A DNA stretch of 60,737 bases. It comes from Aquificales bacterium (lineage in GTDB: Bacteria > Aquificota > Aquificia > Aquificales > Aquificaceae). The stretch lies in contig WFPJ01000121.1 of assembly GCA_015487615.1 (NCBI GenBank), positions 1 to 60,737 of the forward strand, read 5' to 3'. The position numbers and the translations under genes were made by a program. The notes beneath the pieces are model-generated. The model had not been told where the DNA came from. It saw nothing but the letters and a program-made list of their open reading frames with translations, and ran no database searches. Positions 18,615-28,087 of the stretch are shown here, in pieces. Each line of letters starts with the position of its first letter. Positions within the stretch are counted from its first letter, which is position 1.

Positions 18615-19373
18615 ATGCCGGGGAAAGTTCTCTTTGACTCTCCCGACCATAAAGTTTATATGTTTGACGAGCTTACACCTGCCAGTGCTGTTCAGTCAAA
18701 TCAGTTCCTAATAGTTCACAAGGGAGAGGGTGTATTGCTTGACCCCGGGGGTCACAAGGTATTTGCGAAATTGCTTTCTGACATATCAAGTTATATACCC
18801 CCCAGTAATGTTAAATACATATTTCTCTCTCATCAGGATCCTGATATAGTTGCTTCACTTAACGGTTGGCTTATGACCACGGGAGCGGATGCTTTTATCT
18901 CAAAGTTGTGGATGAGATTCTTGCCCCATTTCGGTTTGGACAGTCAGTTGGAAGGAAGGCTCCACCCCATTGATGATAAGGGAACTGTTTTTGATCTTAA
19001 CGGTTGTACGCTTTATATACTACCCGCTCATTTTCTTCACTCCCCCGGTAACTTTCAAATTTATGATCCCGTGGGTAAAGTTTTATTCTCAGGTGATTTG
19101 GGTGCTTCCTTAGGCATTGATTATTATGAGGTATCCGATTTTGAATCACATAAAAAGTATATGGAATTTTTCCATAGAAGATATATAGCTTCTGGGAAGG
19201 TTTGTAAGCTATGGGCTAGAATGGTAAGAAGTCTTGATATAGACATCATAGCTCCTCAGCACGGAGCTATATTCAGAGGCAAGGAAATGGTTGAAAAATT
19301 TATAAACTGGATTGAAAATCTTGAATGCGGTGTTGATCTGATGGGTGAAGCAAACTATAGAGTACCCTCTTAG
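18615..19373 (+). CDS. Metallo-beta-lactamase-fold protein (variant metal motif SHQDPD)
   Basis: MBL-fold layout with LDPGG ... LSHQDPDIV ... PQHG. ATG 18615 follows SD AGGAGG (18604-18609). Confidence 0.65.
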   Translation: MPGKVLFDSPDHKVYMFDELTPASAVQSNQFLIVHKGEGVLLDPGGHKVFAKLLSDISSYIPPSNVKYIFLSHQDPDIVASLNGWLMTTGADAFISKLWMRFLPHFGLDSQLEGRLHPIDDKGTVFDLNGCTLYILPAHFLHSPGNFQIYDPVGKVLFSGDLGASLGIDYYEVSDFESHKKYMEFFHRRYIASGKVCKLWARMVRSLDIDIIAPQHGAIFRGKEMVEKFINWIENLECGVDLMGEANYRVPS

Positions 19374-20086
19374 AGTGTAAAATCTGCACCCAGGTAAGTT
19401 TTTTTTACCTTTTCATTTTTTACAACTTCAGGCGGTGGACCTTCCGCTATTATTCTACCTTCTGATATTATATAAACTCTGTCCACCAGTTTTATTGTCT
19501 CTCTCACATTGTGATCCGTTATAAGAACACCTATATTTTGGTGTTTAAGATCTTTTATGAGTGTTCTTATTTCCTGAACAACTATAGGGTCAAGACCTGC
19601 AAAAGGTTCGTCGAGAAACAAAAATCTGGGGTTGGAGATAAGACTTCTTGCTATTTCTAGCCTTCTCTTTTGCCCACCAGATAGACTCCCTGCCTTTTGG
19701 TCTCTTAGGCGTGATATACCGAAGTCTTCAAGTAGAGTTTCTGCCTTTGCTATTAGTTCTTCACGACTCTTTTCAAAAAATTCAAGGAATATAAGAAGGT
19801 TTTCTATTACTGTCAGGTCTTCAAAAAGTGTATGTTCCTGGGGTAAAAAGGATATGCCCTTTCTTGCTCTTTGGAATGGTGGTAGATGTGTTATGTCTTC
19901 TCCGTCCAAGGTTATACTTCCTTCCTCAATTTTTGTAAATCCTATTATTGAATTAAAAAGTGTCGTTTTACCCGCTCCGTTTGGTCCGAGCAGGCCTACA
20001 ACTTCACCTCTTTCAACATACATAGATATACCTTTAAGTATGTATCTTCCTTTATAGGACTTTTTAATATTGCTTATATTCAGCAT
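19370..20086 (-). CDS. lptB: LPS export ABC transporter ATP-binding protein
   Basis: Walker A GPNGAGKTT, LSGGQKRR, FLFLDEPFAGLDP, and an LptB-like C-terminal extension. Start set at MLNISNIKKSY (20086). Confidence 0.85.
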   Translation of the reverse strand: MLNISNIKKSYKGRYILKGISMYVERGEVVGLLGPNGAGKTTLFNSIIGFTKIEEGSITLDGEDITHLPPFQRARKGISFLPQEHTLFEDLTVIENLLIFLEFFEKSREELIAKAETLLEDFGISRLRDQKAGSLSGGQKRRLEIARSLISNPRFLFLDEPFAGLDPIVVQEIRTLIKDLKHQNIGVLITDHNVRETIKLVDRVYIISEGRIIAEGPPPEVVKNEKVKKTYLGADFTL

Positions 20087-20108
20087 TGTTTTATAATTAT
20101 AAGGCTCT

Positions 20109-20735
20109 ATGTTCAAAAATCCTGTGTATATTCACGGTTATGCTTTTTCTTCAAGAATATTTAGGGATTTTGCTGGTATTAAAATAGATCTGCCTTTTCA
20201 CGGCAAATCCGTCCTGCACTATCAGGATCTAACCTCACTCGCTCGGGCAATTGGTCTAGCTTTACCTTGCAAGCACGATGTTGTGGGCTGGTCCATGGGA
20301 GCATCCTTATCTTTGTTGATAGCTTTTTTATTTCCTTCAAAGGTTAACAGAATAATATTGATAGGTGCAACACCTTGCTTTTCTAAGGCATGGAGGGAAT
20401 CAAGGATTAGGGCGTTTTTAAAGGGTCTAAGCGCAGGTAAAGAGGAATTAATTGAAAACTTCAGGATGACCGCCTTGGGGAAGTCTTTTAAAGACAGTAT
20501 GGATATTAAAGGTTCTTACAAGTTGTTGAAGGATTTCATAGAAGTTGATCTTTCTCATATTCTTCCGCATATTTACCAGGAAGTTATCATTGTACATGGT
20601 GTAAGTGATCCCATAGTTCCTGTTAAGGAAGCTTTCAAGCTTGCTAACCTGTTGAAAAACGCTAGATTAAAAATTTTGCCCGGAGGTCATTTTCCTGTAA
20701 GGAATGAAAAAGATCTTATCTCTGCGGTTTTCTAA
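20109..20735 (+). CDS. Alpha/beta hydrolase, BioH-like (possible pimeloyl-ACP methyl ester esterase)
   Basis: Nucleophile elbow GWSMGA, a late Asp (HGVSDPIV) and His (GGHFP). It overlaps a BioC-like methyltransferase gene. Confidence 0.5.
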   Translation: MFKNPVYIHGYAFSSRIFRDFAGIKIDLPFHGKSVLHYQDLTSLARAIGLALPCKHDVVGWSMGASLSLLIAFLFPSKVNRIILIGATPCFSKAWRESRIRAFLKGLSAGKEELIENFRMTALGKSFKDSMDIKGSYKLLKDFIEVDLSHILPHIYQEVIIVHGVSDPIVPVKEAFKLANLLKNARLKILPGGHFPVRNEKDLISAVF

Positions 20736-21372
20736 AGCTGTTGATACATACAATAAGTGGGCGTTACCACAGAGGAAATCTGCACTTATTCTATCTTACC
20801 TACTTAATGAGGCAAGTGGTAAGATTCTTGATGTGGGTTGTGGTACTGGATTTGTGTCTGAGAATATCGGATCCTCCGATATTATAGGCGTTGACATATC
20901 TTTTCCCATGTCGGTGTATTTCAAGGAAAGATTCGGAAAAGCTGTTGTAGGTGATTGTGAATATCTCCCTTTCAAGGATAAAAGCTTTGATTGGGCTGTT
21001 AGTAACTTTGTTCTCCACTGGACAGATGTGGATAAGTCTATAGGGGAAATGATAAGGGTTTCAAAAAAGGGCATCGGGGTTGCAATCCCTATAGGAGGGA
21101 GTGTAAAAGCTTTCGGCTTTCCGTTCCCCGCGGAAGATAAAGTGCTGGGACTACTTACCTCTTATGGATGCATAATAGACAAGTGGTTCATAAGGGATAT
21201 TGATATACCTTACAGGGGTTGGGATATACTTAGATTTTTCCATTATACGGGTACTTCTTACAATCCTAACGGTCTTGTTACATTTTCAAGACGTAAGCTT
21301 GAGGAGAAAATAAGGAATATGACGAGTTTATATTTTAGGGTGCTTTTCTTTTTGTGTAAAATTAAATCATGA
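20704..21372 (+). CDS. Class I SAM-dependent methyltransferase, BioC-like
   Basis: SAM motif ILDVGCGTGF, about 220 aa, coupled to the hydrolase upstream. Confidence 0.5.
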   Translation: MKKILSLRFSKAVDTYNKWALPQRKSALILSYLLNEASGKILDVGCGTGFVSENIGSSDIIGVDISFPMSVYFKERFGKAVVGDCEYLPFKDKSFDWAVSNFVLHWTDVDKSIGEMIRVSKKGIGVAIPIGGSVKAFGFPFPAEDKVLGLLTSYGCIIDKWFIRDIDIPYRGWDILRFFHYTGTSYNPNGLVTFSRRKLEEKIRNMTSLYFRVLFFLCKIKS

Positions 21373-22832
21373 GGAGGAAAATATTTATGTCACTTGTTTT
21401 TTCTTTTATAGCTGTTCTCTTTATAGGATTTTATAGTTGCACAGCAAATCCTGCCAACGGCAAGGTTGAAGGGGAGATATTACAAGAAAATAAGGAAGAA
21501 TCTGTGGAAGAAACAGTAATTACAGGAAATTCTGTGCTTGCGAGCTTTGAAAAGGAGCTTACGGAGATTGTCAGAAAAGTTTCACCATCTGTAGTTACCA
21601 TATTTGCAACTCAGGAGGCGAGGGACGGATTCTTTGATGATTTTGATTTTCCCTTTCCTTTTCCTTTTGATGTTCCACGCAGGAGGAGATCATTAGGTTC
21701 AGGTGTAATAGTTAAATACGATGAAGATAAAAATATATTTTATATTCTTACAAACAACCACGTTGTGCAAAACGCAGATGTTATAAGGGTAAGTTTTGAC
21801 AGGCATACGGAAAAGAGGGGAAAGTTAGTAGGGAGGGACCCTAAAACGGATATAGCGGTTATTGAGGTGGATGCGGAGGGCATAAGTAATCCAAAGGGTA
21901 GAGTCGCTAGGTTGGGAAATTCTGACAAAGTGAGGGTGGGTCAGGTAGTGATAGCTATAGGTAACCCTTACGGACTTGAGAGAACTGTTACGGTAGGTGT
22001 AGTTTCCGCCCTCAGAAGGAGTATAGGTATAACACAATATGAGAACTTTATACAGACGGATGCTCCCATAAATCCCGGTAATTCCGGCGGTCCGCTGATT
22101 AATATAAGGGGAGAGGTGATAGGTATAAATACAGCCATAGTGGCAGAAGGGCAGGGTCTTGGGTTTGCTATACCAATAAACCTTGCCAAGTGGGTGATGG
22201 AGCAGCTGATAGAAAAGGGTGAAGTTGTAAGGGGATGGCTCGGCGTTATAATTCAGGAGATAACGCCAGAGATTGCGGAAGCGATAAATGTTAAGGAGGG
22301 TATTCTTATAGCCCAGGTTATGAAGGACAGCCCTGCGGAAAAGGCTGGGTTGAAAGTTGGGGATATAATAATAGAACTTAACGGTGAAAAGATAGATAGT
22401 GTCAGGGATTTGCAACTTAAGATAATGAAAACTCCTCCAGGTACGGAGGTAAGTCTTACCGTCCTGAGAAAGGGTAAGAAAAAGGTTATAAAGGTTAAGG
22501 TTGGTAGGTTGCCGGAGAGAAAGGTAAGGGTTTATGATAGGGAGCAGGGTAAGAATCTTGGTATTAATATAAGAAATTTGACACCTGAAGAAAAAGCGAA
22601 ATATGGACTTGAGGGGGGTGTAAGGGTAATAGCAGTGGCTCCGGGCAGTCTTGCATACTACAGCGGTCTCAGGCCTGGTGACATTATCATATCCGTCAAC
22701 AATAAACTCGTTGAGGATGTTGACGAATTTATATCTATGGTGGAGGATCTTAAGGATGCGGGTCGCAGTAAAGCCCTTTTACTTGTAAGGAGGGGAGATA
22801 CGAACATATACCTTGTTTTAAGGTTGAGGTGA
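21369..22832 (+). CDS. htrA: HtrA/DegP-family periplasmic serine protease with two PDZ domains
   Basis: Signal or anchor sequence; catalytic triad contexts TNNHVV, DIAVI and GNSGGPL; two PDZ-like repeats (GLKVGDIIIELNG, GLRPGDIIISVNN). Confidence 0.9.
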   Translation: MRRKIFMSLVFSFIAVLFIGFYSCTANPANGKVEGEILQENKEESVEETVITGNSVLASFEKELTEIVRKVSPSVVTIFATQEARDGFFDDFDFPFPFPFDVPRRRRSLGSGVIVKYDEDKNIFYILTNNHVVQNADVIRVSFDRHTEKRGKLVGRDPKTDIAVIEVDAEGISNPKGRVARLGNSDKVRVGQVVIAIGNPYGLERTVTVGVVSALRRSIGITQYENFIQTDAPINPGNSGGPLINIRGEVIGINTAIVAEGQGLGFAIPINLAKWVMEQLIEKGEVVRGWLGVIIQEITPEIAEAINVKEGILIAQVMKDSPAEKAGLKVGDIIIELNGEKIDSVRDLQLKIMKTPPGTEVSLTVLRKGKKKVIKVKVGRLPERKVRVYDREQGKNLGINIRNLTPEEKAKYGLEGGVRVIAVAPGSLAYYSGLRPGDIIISVNNKLVEDVDEFISMVEDLKDAGRSKALLLVRRGDTNIYLVLRLR

Positions 22833-22836
22833 TGTC

Positions 22837-23769
22837 ATGCTTTCAGATACAGAACAAGAACTTATTAATCAGTATTTAAAAAAGATTGCTAAGATTCCTC
22901 TGCTTACACCTGAGGAGGAGAAGGAGCTTGCCTACAGGGCAAGAAAGGGGGACAAGGAAGCACTGCAAAAGCTTGTTGAATCAAATTTAAGATTTGTTAT
23001 AAGTGTTGCAAAGCAGTATATAGGTTACGGGCTACCCCTTTCCGAACTTATAGCTGCGGGCAATTTGGGTCTTCTTGAGGCTGTCAAGAGGTTTGATCCT
23101 GACAGAGATGTAAAGTTTATATCTTACGCTGTTTGGTGGATAAGACAGGCAATTATGCAGGCCCTATCTCAGCAAACAGGTGCTGTAAGGATTCCCCTAA
23201 AGCAGTCTCACCTTATAAGCAGGATAAGTAATGTTTACAATGAGCTTATACGTCAACTTGAAAGGGAACCCACTCCAGAGGAGGTGGCGGAGAAACTAAG
23301 TAAGGATATTATAGCCAAGGAACTTTCCAAGGAGTTGGGCAGACAGCCCACGGAAACTGAAATTGAAGAGGCTTTTAAAAAGGAAGGCTATAAAATTTCT
23401 CCCCAAGAGGTTGAAAAGTGTTTGCAGGTTTGCAGGATACCCCTTTCGCTTGATGTACCTGTTGGCGATAATGAAGACACATTTTTCATTGATTTTCTTA
23501 CAAAGCATGGAACCGCGGAAGTGGAGGAAACAATAGTTAGGGAGGCTATGAGTAAGGAAATATACGATATACTTGAAAAGTTACCTGAAAAAGAGAGAAA
23601 GGTTATAGAGCTCAGGTTCGGTCTTAGGGGTGGAGAGCCAAAAACTTTGAGGGAGATAGGGGAGATTATGGGAGTCTCGCGAGAGAGGGTAAGACAGCTT
23701 GAAACAAGAGCTTTGAGAAAACTCAGAAGCCTTGCTATGAAAAGGCACTTAAAGGACTTTTTAAGTTAG
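22837..23769 (+). CDS. Sigma-70 family RNA polymerase sigma factor (group 2 / RpoS-like size)
   Basis: Region 2 (FISYAVWWIRQAI), region 3, and region 4.2 HTH (TLREIGEIMGVSRERVRQLETRALRKLR). SD GAGGTGA lies upstream. Confidence 0.85.
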   Translation: MLSDTEQELINQYLKKIAKIPLLTPEEEKELAYRARKGDKEALQKLVESNLRFVISVAKQYIGYGLPLSELIAAGNLGLLEAVKRFDPDRDVKFISYAVWWIRQAIMQALSQQTGAVRIPLKQSHLISRISNVYNELIRQLEREPTPEEVAEKLSKDIIAKELSKELGRQPTETEIEEAFKKEGYKISPQEVEKCLQVCRIPLSLDVPVGDNEDTFFIDFLTKHGTAEVEETIVREAMSKEIYDILEKLPEKERKVIELRFGLRGGEPKTLREIGEIMGVSRERVRQLETRALRKLRSLAMKRHLKDFLS

Positions 23770-23785
23770 AAATGGAGGGTGTGGG

Positions 23786-25072
23786 ATGGACAGGAGGGGT
23801 TTTCTAAAATTTGTAGGAATATCAGCGGGCTTGTTTATAGGTAGTGTGTCTTTTAGTAGGGATTTGATAAATATACCAAAGCCTTCTCCCAAATCTCCCA
23901 GGGTTGTAGTTGTAGGAGCTGGATGGTCGGGGCTTACGGTTGCAAAGTATATCAAGAAAGGGAACCCTTCCGTGGATGTTGTTCTTGTTGACAAAAGGGC
24001 TCACTTCTTTTCCTGTCCTGTTAGTAACCTGTGGCTTGTTGACATAGTGCCACTTGAGATGCTTGTTCACAGCTATCTTAAAGCTGCGGATACCTATGGG
24101 TACCACTTTTTACAGGCTACAGTGATTGATATAGATAGGAACAAGAGAAAAGTTTATACAGATAAGGGTGTTATTGACTACGACTTTCTTGTTCTTGCTC
24201 CCGGTATAGACTACGATTATGAAAGATGGAATATTAAGGATCCTAAGGAGCTTGAGATAGCGAGAACGAAGTATCCCCCCGCTTTTATACCTGGCTCGGA
24301 GCATATTTACCTCAAAAGGAAAATCCACAATTTTGAAGGAGGAGAGTTTTTAGTAACTGTTCCGCCGGGTCTTGACTACAGGTGCATACCAGGCCCCTAC
24401 GAGAGGGCTACCCTTATAGCATGGTTTTTTAAGAAAAACAAAGTTAAGGGTAAAGTTATACTCGTGGATCCTCACTCGGATCCTCCCGTTAAGGCAAAAG
24501 GTTTCCATTATGCGTGGGATAAGATTGTTAAAGGTTACATTGATTACTATCCCAATGCGGATATAAAGTATGTGGATGTTATTAACAGAAAGGTGCGTAC
24601 GGAGGTTTATGGTGATATAGACTTTACCGACGGAAATATATATCCACCTTGTAGAGTGGCTGACATTGTTTATAAAATCGGTGGTGTGAAGAAAGGCGAA
24701 AGGTGGGCTAATATAGATCCCTTGAAGTACAACCTTATAGGGGATGAGCGTGTTTTTATTTCGGGTGATGCAAGAAATCAACCTTTTTCAAAAAGCGGTA
24801 ATACCGCTGTAACTGAGGCAAAGTATGTAGCAAGGAGGGTACTGGCCTCAATAGAGGGTAAGGATATTCCCTATAAGCCTCCGATGACCCTCTGTTACTC
24901 AGCGGTTGATGGAAATAAGGCGGTTTGGGTAAGGTTGACATATAAATATGAAAATGGGCAATTCAGTTTTGCAAGTGTAAGAACGGATGAGAAACCTTCC
25001 CAAAAGAACTTTAAGGCCTATATAGCATGGGCTAAGGCACATTACAAGGATATGCTTGCTGCGGATTTATGA
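23786..25072 (+). CDS. Flavocytochrome-c sulfide dehydrogenase flavoprotein subunit homologue (FccB/SoxF-like), Tat-exported
   Basis: Twin-arginine signal MDRRGFLKF and FAD fold VVVVGAGWSG. All three FCSD cysteines are present in context: FFSCPVSN (covalent FAD), RCIPGPYERA and TLCYS. Confidence 0.8.
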   Translation: MDRRGFLKFVGISAGLFIGSVSFSRDLINIPKPSPKSPRVVVVGAGWSGLTVAKYIKKGNPSVDVVLVDKRAHFFSCPVSNLWLVDIVPLEMLVHSYLKAADTYGYHFLQATVIDIDRNKRKVYTDKGVIDYDFLVLAPGIDYDYERWNIKDPKELEIARTKYPPAFIPGSEHIYLKRKIHNFEGGEFLVTVPPGLDYRCIPGPYERATLIAWFFKKNKVKGKVILVDPHSDPPVKAKGFHYAWDKIVKGYIDYYPNADIKYVDVINRKVRTEVYGDIDFTDGNIYPPCRVADIVYKIGGVKKGERWANIDPLKYNLIGDERVFISGDARNQPFSKSGNTAVTEAKYVARRVLASIEGKDIPYKPPMTLCYSAVDGNKAVWVRLTYKYENGQFSFASVRTDEKPSQKNFKAYIAWAKAHYKDMLAADL

Positions 25073-25725
25073 ACAGGAGAGATTTCCTGAAAACTTGCGG
25101 TTTAATATGTTTATTAATAGAAGGTAAAATAGCCTTTTCCAGTTCCACACCTGGCGTAAGCTTCAAAAGGAAAGTGCCTTTAAAAAGGGAAGACGGAGAT
25201 CCCTTTAACATAAAATATGTTAAGAGGTATGAACCATATATATTCTTCTATCCCTACGCTTCCACACCTTGCCTACTTGTTGATGTAGGTAGGAAGGCAG
25301 AAGGGGGTATAGGTAAGGGTAGCGGTATAGTATCTTTTTCCCTTATCTGTCCCCATCAGTGGACTTTTCCTACTCCTTCCGAGACCTTTATAACTTACTA
25401 CGGTCCGGATGAGACCTCCTTAGTTGATAGGGGTAATGTAATTCAATGCTGTGTACATATGTCCGTTTTTGATCCTTTGAAAGGTGGAGAAGTTATTGAT
25501 GGACCAGCAGATTATCCCCTTGCAAGAATTCTGCTTGATACCGATAAGGAGGGAAACCTTTATGCGGTGGGTGTGGAAGGTAAGGACCAATTTCATGAAT
25601 TCTTTCAAGCTAATCGCTCCACATTGAAAAGGCTCTACGGTTCACTTAAAAAGGCTAAGGAGATAGTTAAAGAGAGTAGGGTTATAAGGCTTAAGGATTA
25701 TACGGGAGAAGAGATAAAATGTTGA
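25069..25725 (+). CDS. Tat-exported Rieske-type [2Fe-2S] protein
   Basis: Twin-arginine signal MNRRDFLKTCG and Rieske ligand boxes CPH ... CCVH. ATGA-coupled to the flavoprotein gene. Confidence 0.65.
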   Translation: MNRRDFLKTCGLICLLIEGKIAFSSSTPGVSFKRKVPLKREDGDPFNIKYVKRYEPYIFFYPYASTPCLLVDVGRKAEGGIGKGSGIVSFSLICPHQWTFPTPSETFITYYGPDETSLVDRGNVIQCCVHMSVFDPLKGGEVIDGPADYPLARILLDTDKEGNLYAVGVEGKDQFHEFFQANRSTLKRLYGSLKKAKEIVKESRVIRLKDYTGEEIKC

Positions 25726-26631
25726 TTATGAGATAAGGGTAAGCCCTTTCTTCTTTGCTGTTAGAATAGCCCTTTGGTATTCATCATATCTTATTCTTCT
25801 GTTTATCTCCTTATATTTGTATGCCTTGTAGAAGGGCCTGTACTGATCCATTATATTAACCGCGGTGTTAGGGGATAGATCCTTTAGAAAATCAAGTATT
25901 TTTTCTGTTGATTCACCCATGTCGGGAAGTATAAGATGTCTTATTAGGAGACCCTTATAGGCGATACCCCTCTCGTCTGTTTTCAAGTCTCCTACCTGCC
26001 TGTACATCTCTTTGATGGCATCTTTTGCAACTGACGGATAGTCCTTTACCTTTGAGTATGTTTCTCCTTCTTTTTCTTTCCAGTATTTAAAGTCTGCAAG
26101 GTATATGTCAACTATACCTTCAAGGAGTTTTAAGGTTTCAAGGGAATCATAGGAGGATGTGTTGTAAACTATGGGTATTTTTAATCCTTTTTCTACTGCG
26201 ATCAGTAGTGCTTCAAGAATTTGGGGTACAACATGGGAGGGGGTAACAAGATTTATGTTGTGGCAACCCGCTTCTTGAAGATAGAGCATTATATGTGCAA
26301 GCTCTTCCGGGGACTTTTCTTCACCCTCTCCGAACTGGCTTATAGTATAGTTTTGACAGTAAACACATTTCATATTACAGTAGGAGAAAAATATAGTTCC
26401 GCTCCCATTAAAACCCCTTATGGGAAACTCCTCTCCCAGATGGGGAAAGAAAGAGGAAACTATAGCATACCTACCTGTTTTGCACTTTCCTTTTTCATCC
26501 TTAAGTCTGTTAACACCGCAGTTATGCGGACATACCCTGCATTCTTCAAGCATGGAGAGGGCTTTCTCCACCCTCTCCTTAAGTACACCCGATCTGTAAA
26601 GATCAACATAAGAAGGAAATTTAAACATCAA
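25726..26631 (-). CDS. Radical SAM protein (PflX / activase-like)
   Basis: CNMKCVYCQN (CxxxCxxC) and an N-terminal Cys cluster (CRVCPHNCGVNR). Confidence 0.8.
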   Translation of the reverse strand: MMFKFPSYVDLYRSGVLKERVEKALSMLEECRVCPHNCGVNRLKDEKGKCKTGRYAIVSSFFPHLGEEFPIRGFNGSGTIFFSYCNMKCVYCQNYTISQFGEGEEKSPEELAHIMLYLQEAGCHNINLVTPSHVVPQILEALLIAVEKGLKIPIVYNTSSYDSLETLKLLEGIVDIYLADFKYWKEKEGETYSKVKDYPSVAKDAIKEMYRQVGDLKTDERGIAYKGLLIRHLILPDMGESTEKILDFLKDLSPNTAVNIMDQYRPFYKAYKYKEINRRIRYDEYQRAILTAKKKGLTLIS

Positions 26632-27743
26632 GGTGATTGGGGTACTTTTATAACTATAAACTCAACCCTCCTGTTGGTCAACCTGCCTATAGGGTTATCA
26701 TTTGTTTCTATGTATCTTTCTTTACCAAAGCCTACAATATCTATCTTGTCCTCAGGTACACCTTTGCTTACAAGATATTTTTTAACACTCTCCGCCCTTT
26801 TATAGGCAAGTTTAACATTGTAATCCTTCGGTCCTATGTTATCGGTGAATCCTTCTATCCTTATCCTGAAGTATGGGTTCTGCTTTATGGTTTTTACAAC
26901 CTCATTAAGGATGGGTATGTATTCACGCTTTATATTGTATTTGTCAAAATCAAAGTGTATCCTTGCTGTGATCTTTAAGGGTTCTTCAACAAGTTCTTTT
27001 TTCTCTACCTCTTCCTTGGCAGGAGGAGGAGGCTCTACTTTTATTTCCCTTTGTGTTACCTTTATTTCTTCTGCTTTCTTTTTCTCCTCTTCTCTCTTCT
27101 TCTTAATTGACTCGGGCACTTCCACAGTAGGCGTCTTTCCTGTGTAACATTCAAGACCGTTCTCTATAGCTATTTTTACTTTACCTTCCGCTTTAAGACT
27201 TTCTGTGTTTGCTTCATTGAAAAACTTAAGCACCAAAGCTGGATTTGGATTTTCAAGGCTTATTTCATATACGAGTGCGTCATAAAAGGCTTCCGCTCTG
27301 CCAAGCTCTACTGGTGCACATCTTTCTCCCTTGTTTTTGCGGGCAAAATTTATTCTCTGAGTCAAATTGTAAAGATCTACATTCAGCTCTTTCGCCTTCT
27401 TTACAAGCTCTCCGAATTCTTCTTGGCTTTTAATGTCAATGGGCGTTAACTTTTCCTCTCCTTCATAGACCGCACTTATTGCAAGTGACACTATATTCAT
27501 AGTCCTTATGGCGAATATCTTGGAGCCTATATCATCAACTTCCGCGGCAAGCTCTGCGGATATAAGCTTATAGGATCGTGCCTTAGAATAAAGATAAGGA
27601 GCCTTTTCATCAGCATCAATATCATAAGCCTTTTTTATGGCTTTTTGGGCTTCATCAATACCTTGGGTAACCCTAAAGTTGTACCCTTTTCCGAACACTG
27701 TAAGGGAAAAGGACAGTAACAGACACAAAATTGTGGTTCTCAT
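26628..27743 (-). CDS. OmpA-family peptidoglycan-binding protein with a helical N-domain and a K/E/P-rich linker
   Basis: Signal peptide and a C-terminal OmpA-like domain (IRIEGFTDNIGP...NRRVEF). ATG 27743 is preferred because GGAGGG lies just upstream. Confidence 0.8.
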   Translation of the reverse strand: MRTTILCLLLSFSLTVFGKGYNFRVTQGIDEAQKAIKKAYDIDADEKAPYLYSKARSYKLISAELAAEVDDIGSKIFAIRTMNIVSLAISAVYEGEEKLTPIDIKSQEEFGELVKKAKELNVDLYNLTQRINFARKNKGERCAPVELGRAEAFYDALVYEISLENPNPALVLKFFNEANTESLKAEGKVKIAIENGLECYTGKTPTVEVPESIKKKREEEKKKAEEIKVTQREIKVEPPPPAKEEVEKKELVEEPLKITARIHFDFDKYNIKREYIPILNEVVKTIKQNPYFRIRIEGFTDNIGPKDYNVKLAYKRAESVKKYLVSKGVPEDKIDIVGFGKERYIETNDNPIGRLTNRRVEFIVIKVPQSP

Positions 27744-27807
27744 TACAGCTCCCTCCATAATACTATCATCGTCAGCATATAATTTAATTTAACATGGAGG
27801 TATAAAA

Positions 27808-28071
27808 ATGGTCAGATATTTATGCTTAATCGCATTTACCCTTTTGTTAATTCAGCTCGGATTTTCAAAGCCCGAAGGTCAAATCCTGTTTGAGAAAAAT
27901 TGTTTAAAATGTCATGGGGAAAACAGCAGGAAGCCCCTCTCTTATCTTAAAAGGGAATACAAGGGTAAGCCGGATGAAATAAAAGAGCTGGCTAAGAGAT
28001 GCCCGTGGGCAAGGGGTCTTTCTGACAAGGAAATTGACATAATATCAAAGTGGCTTGCAGGTGTGAAGTGA
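27808..28071 (+). CDS. Small secreted monohaem cytochrome c lacking any Met or second His in the mature part
   Basis: Signal peptide, a single CLKCH, SD GGAGGT. The mature sequence has no Met, no other His, and one extra Cys (RCPWA). Confidence 0.75.
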   Translation: MVRYLCLIAFTLLLIQLGFSKPEGQILFEKNCLKCHGENSRKPLSYLKREYKGKPDEIKELAKRCPWARGLSDKEIDIISKWLAGVK

Positions 28072-28087
28072 TATAATATGTTTCCCC

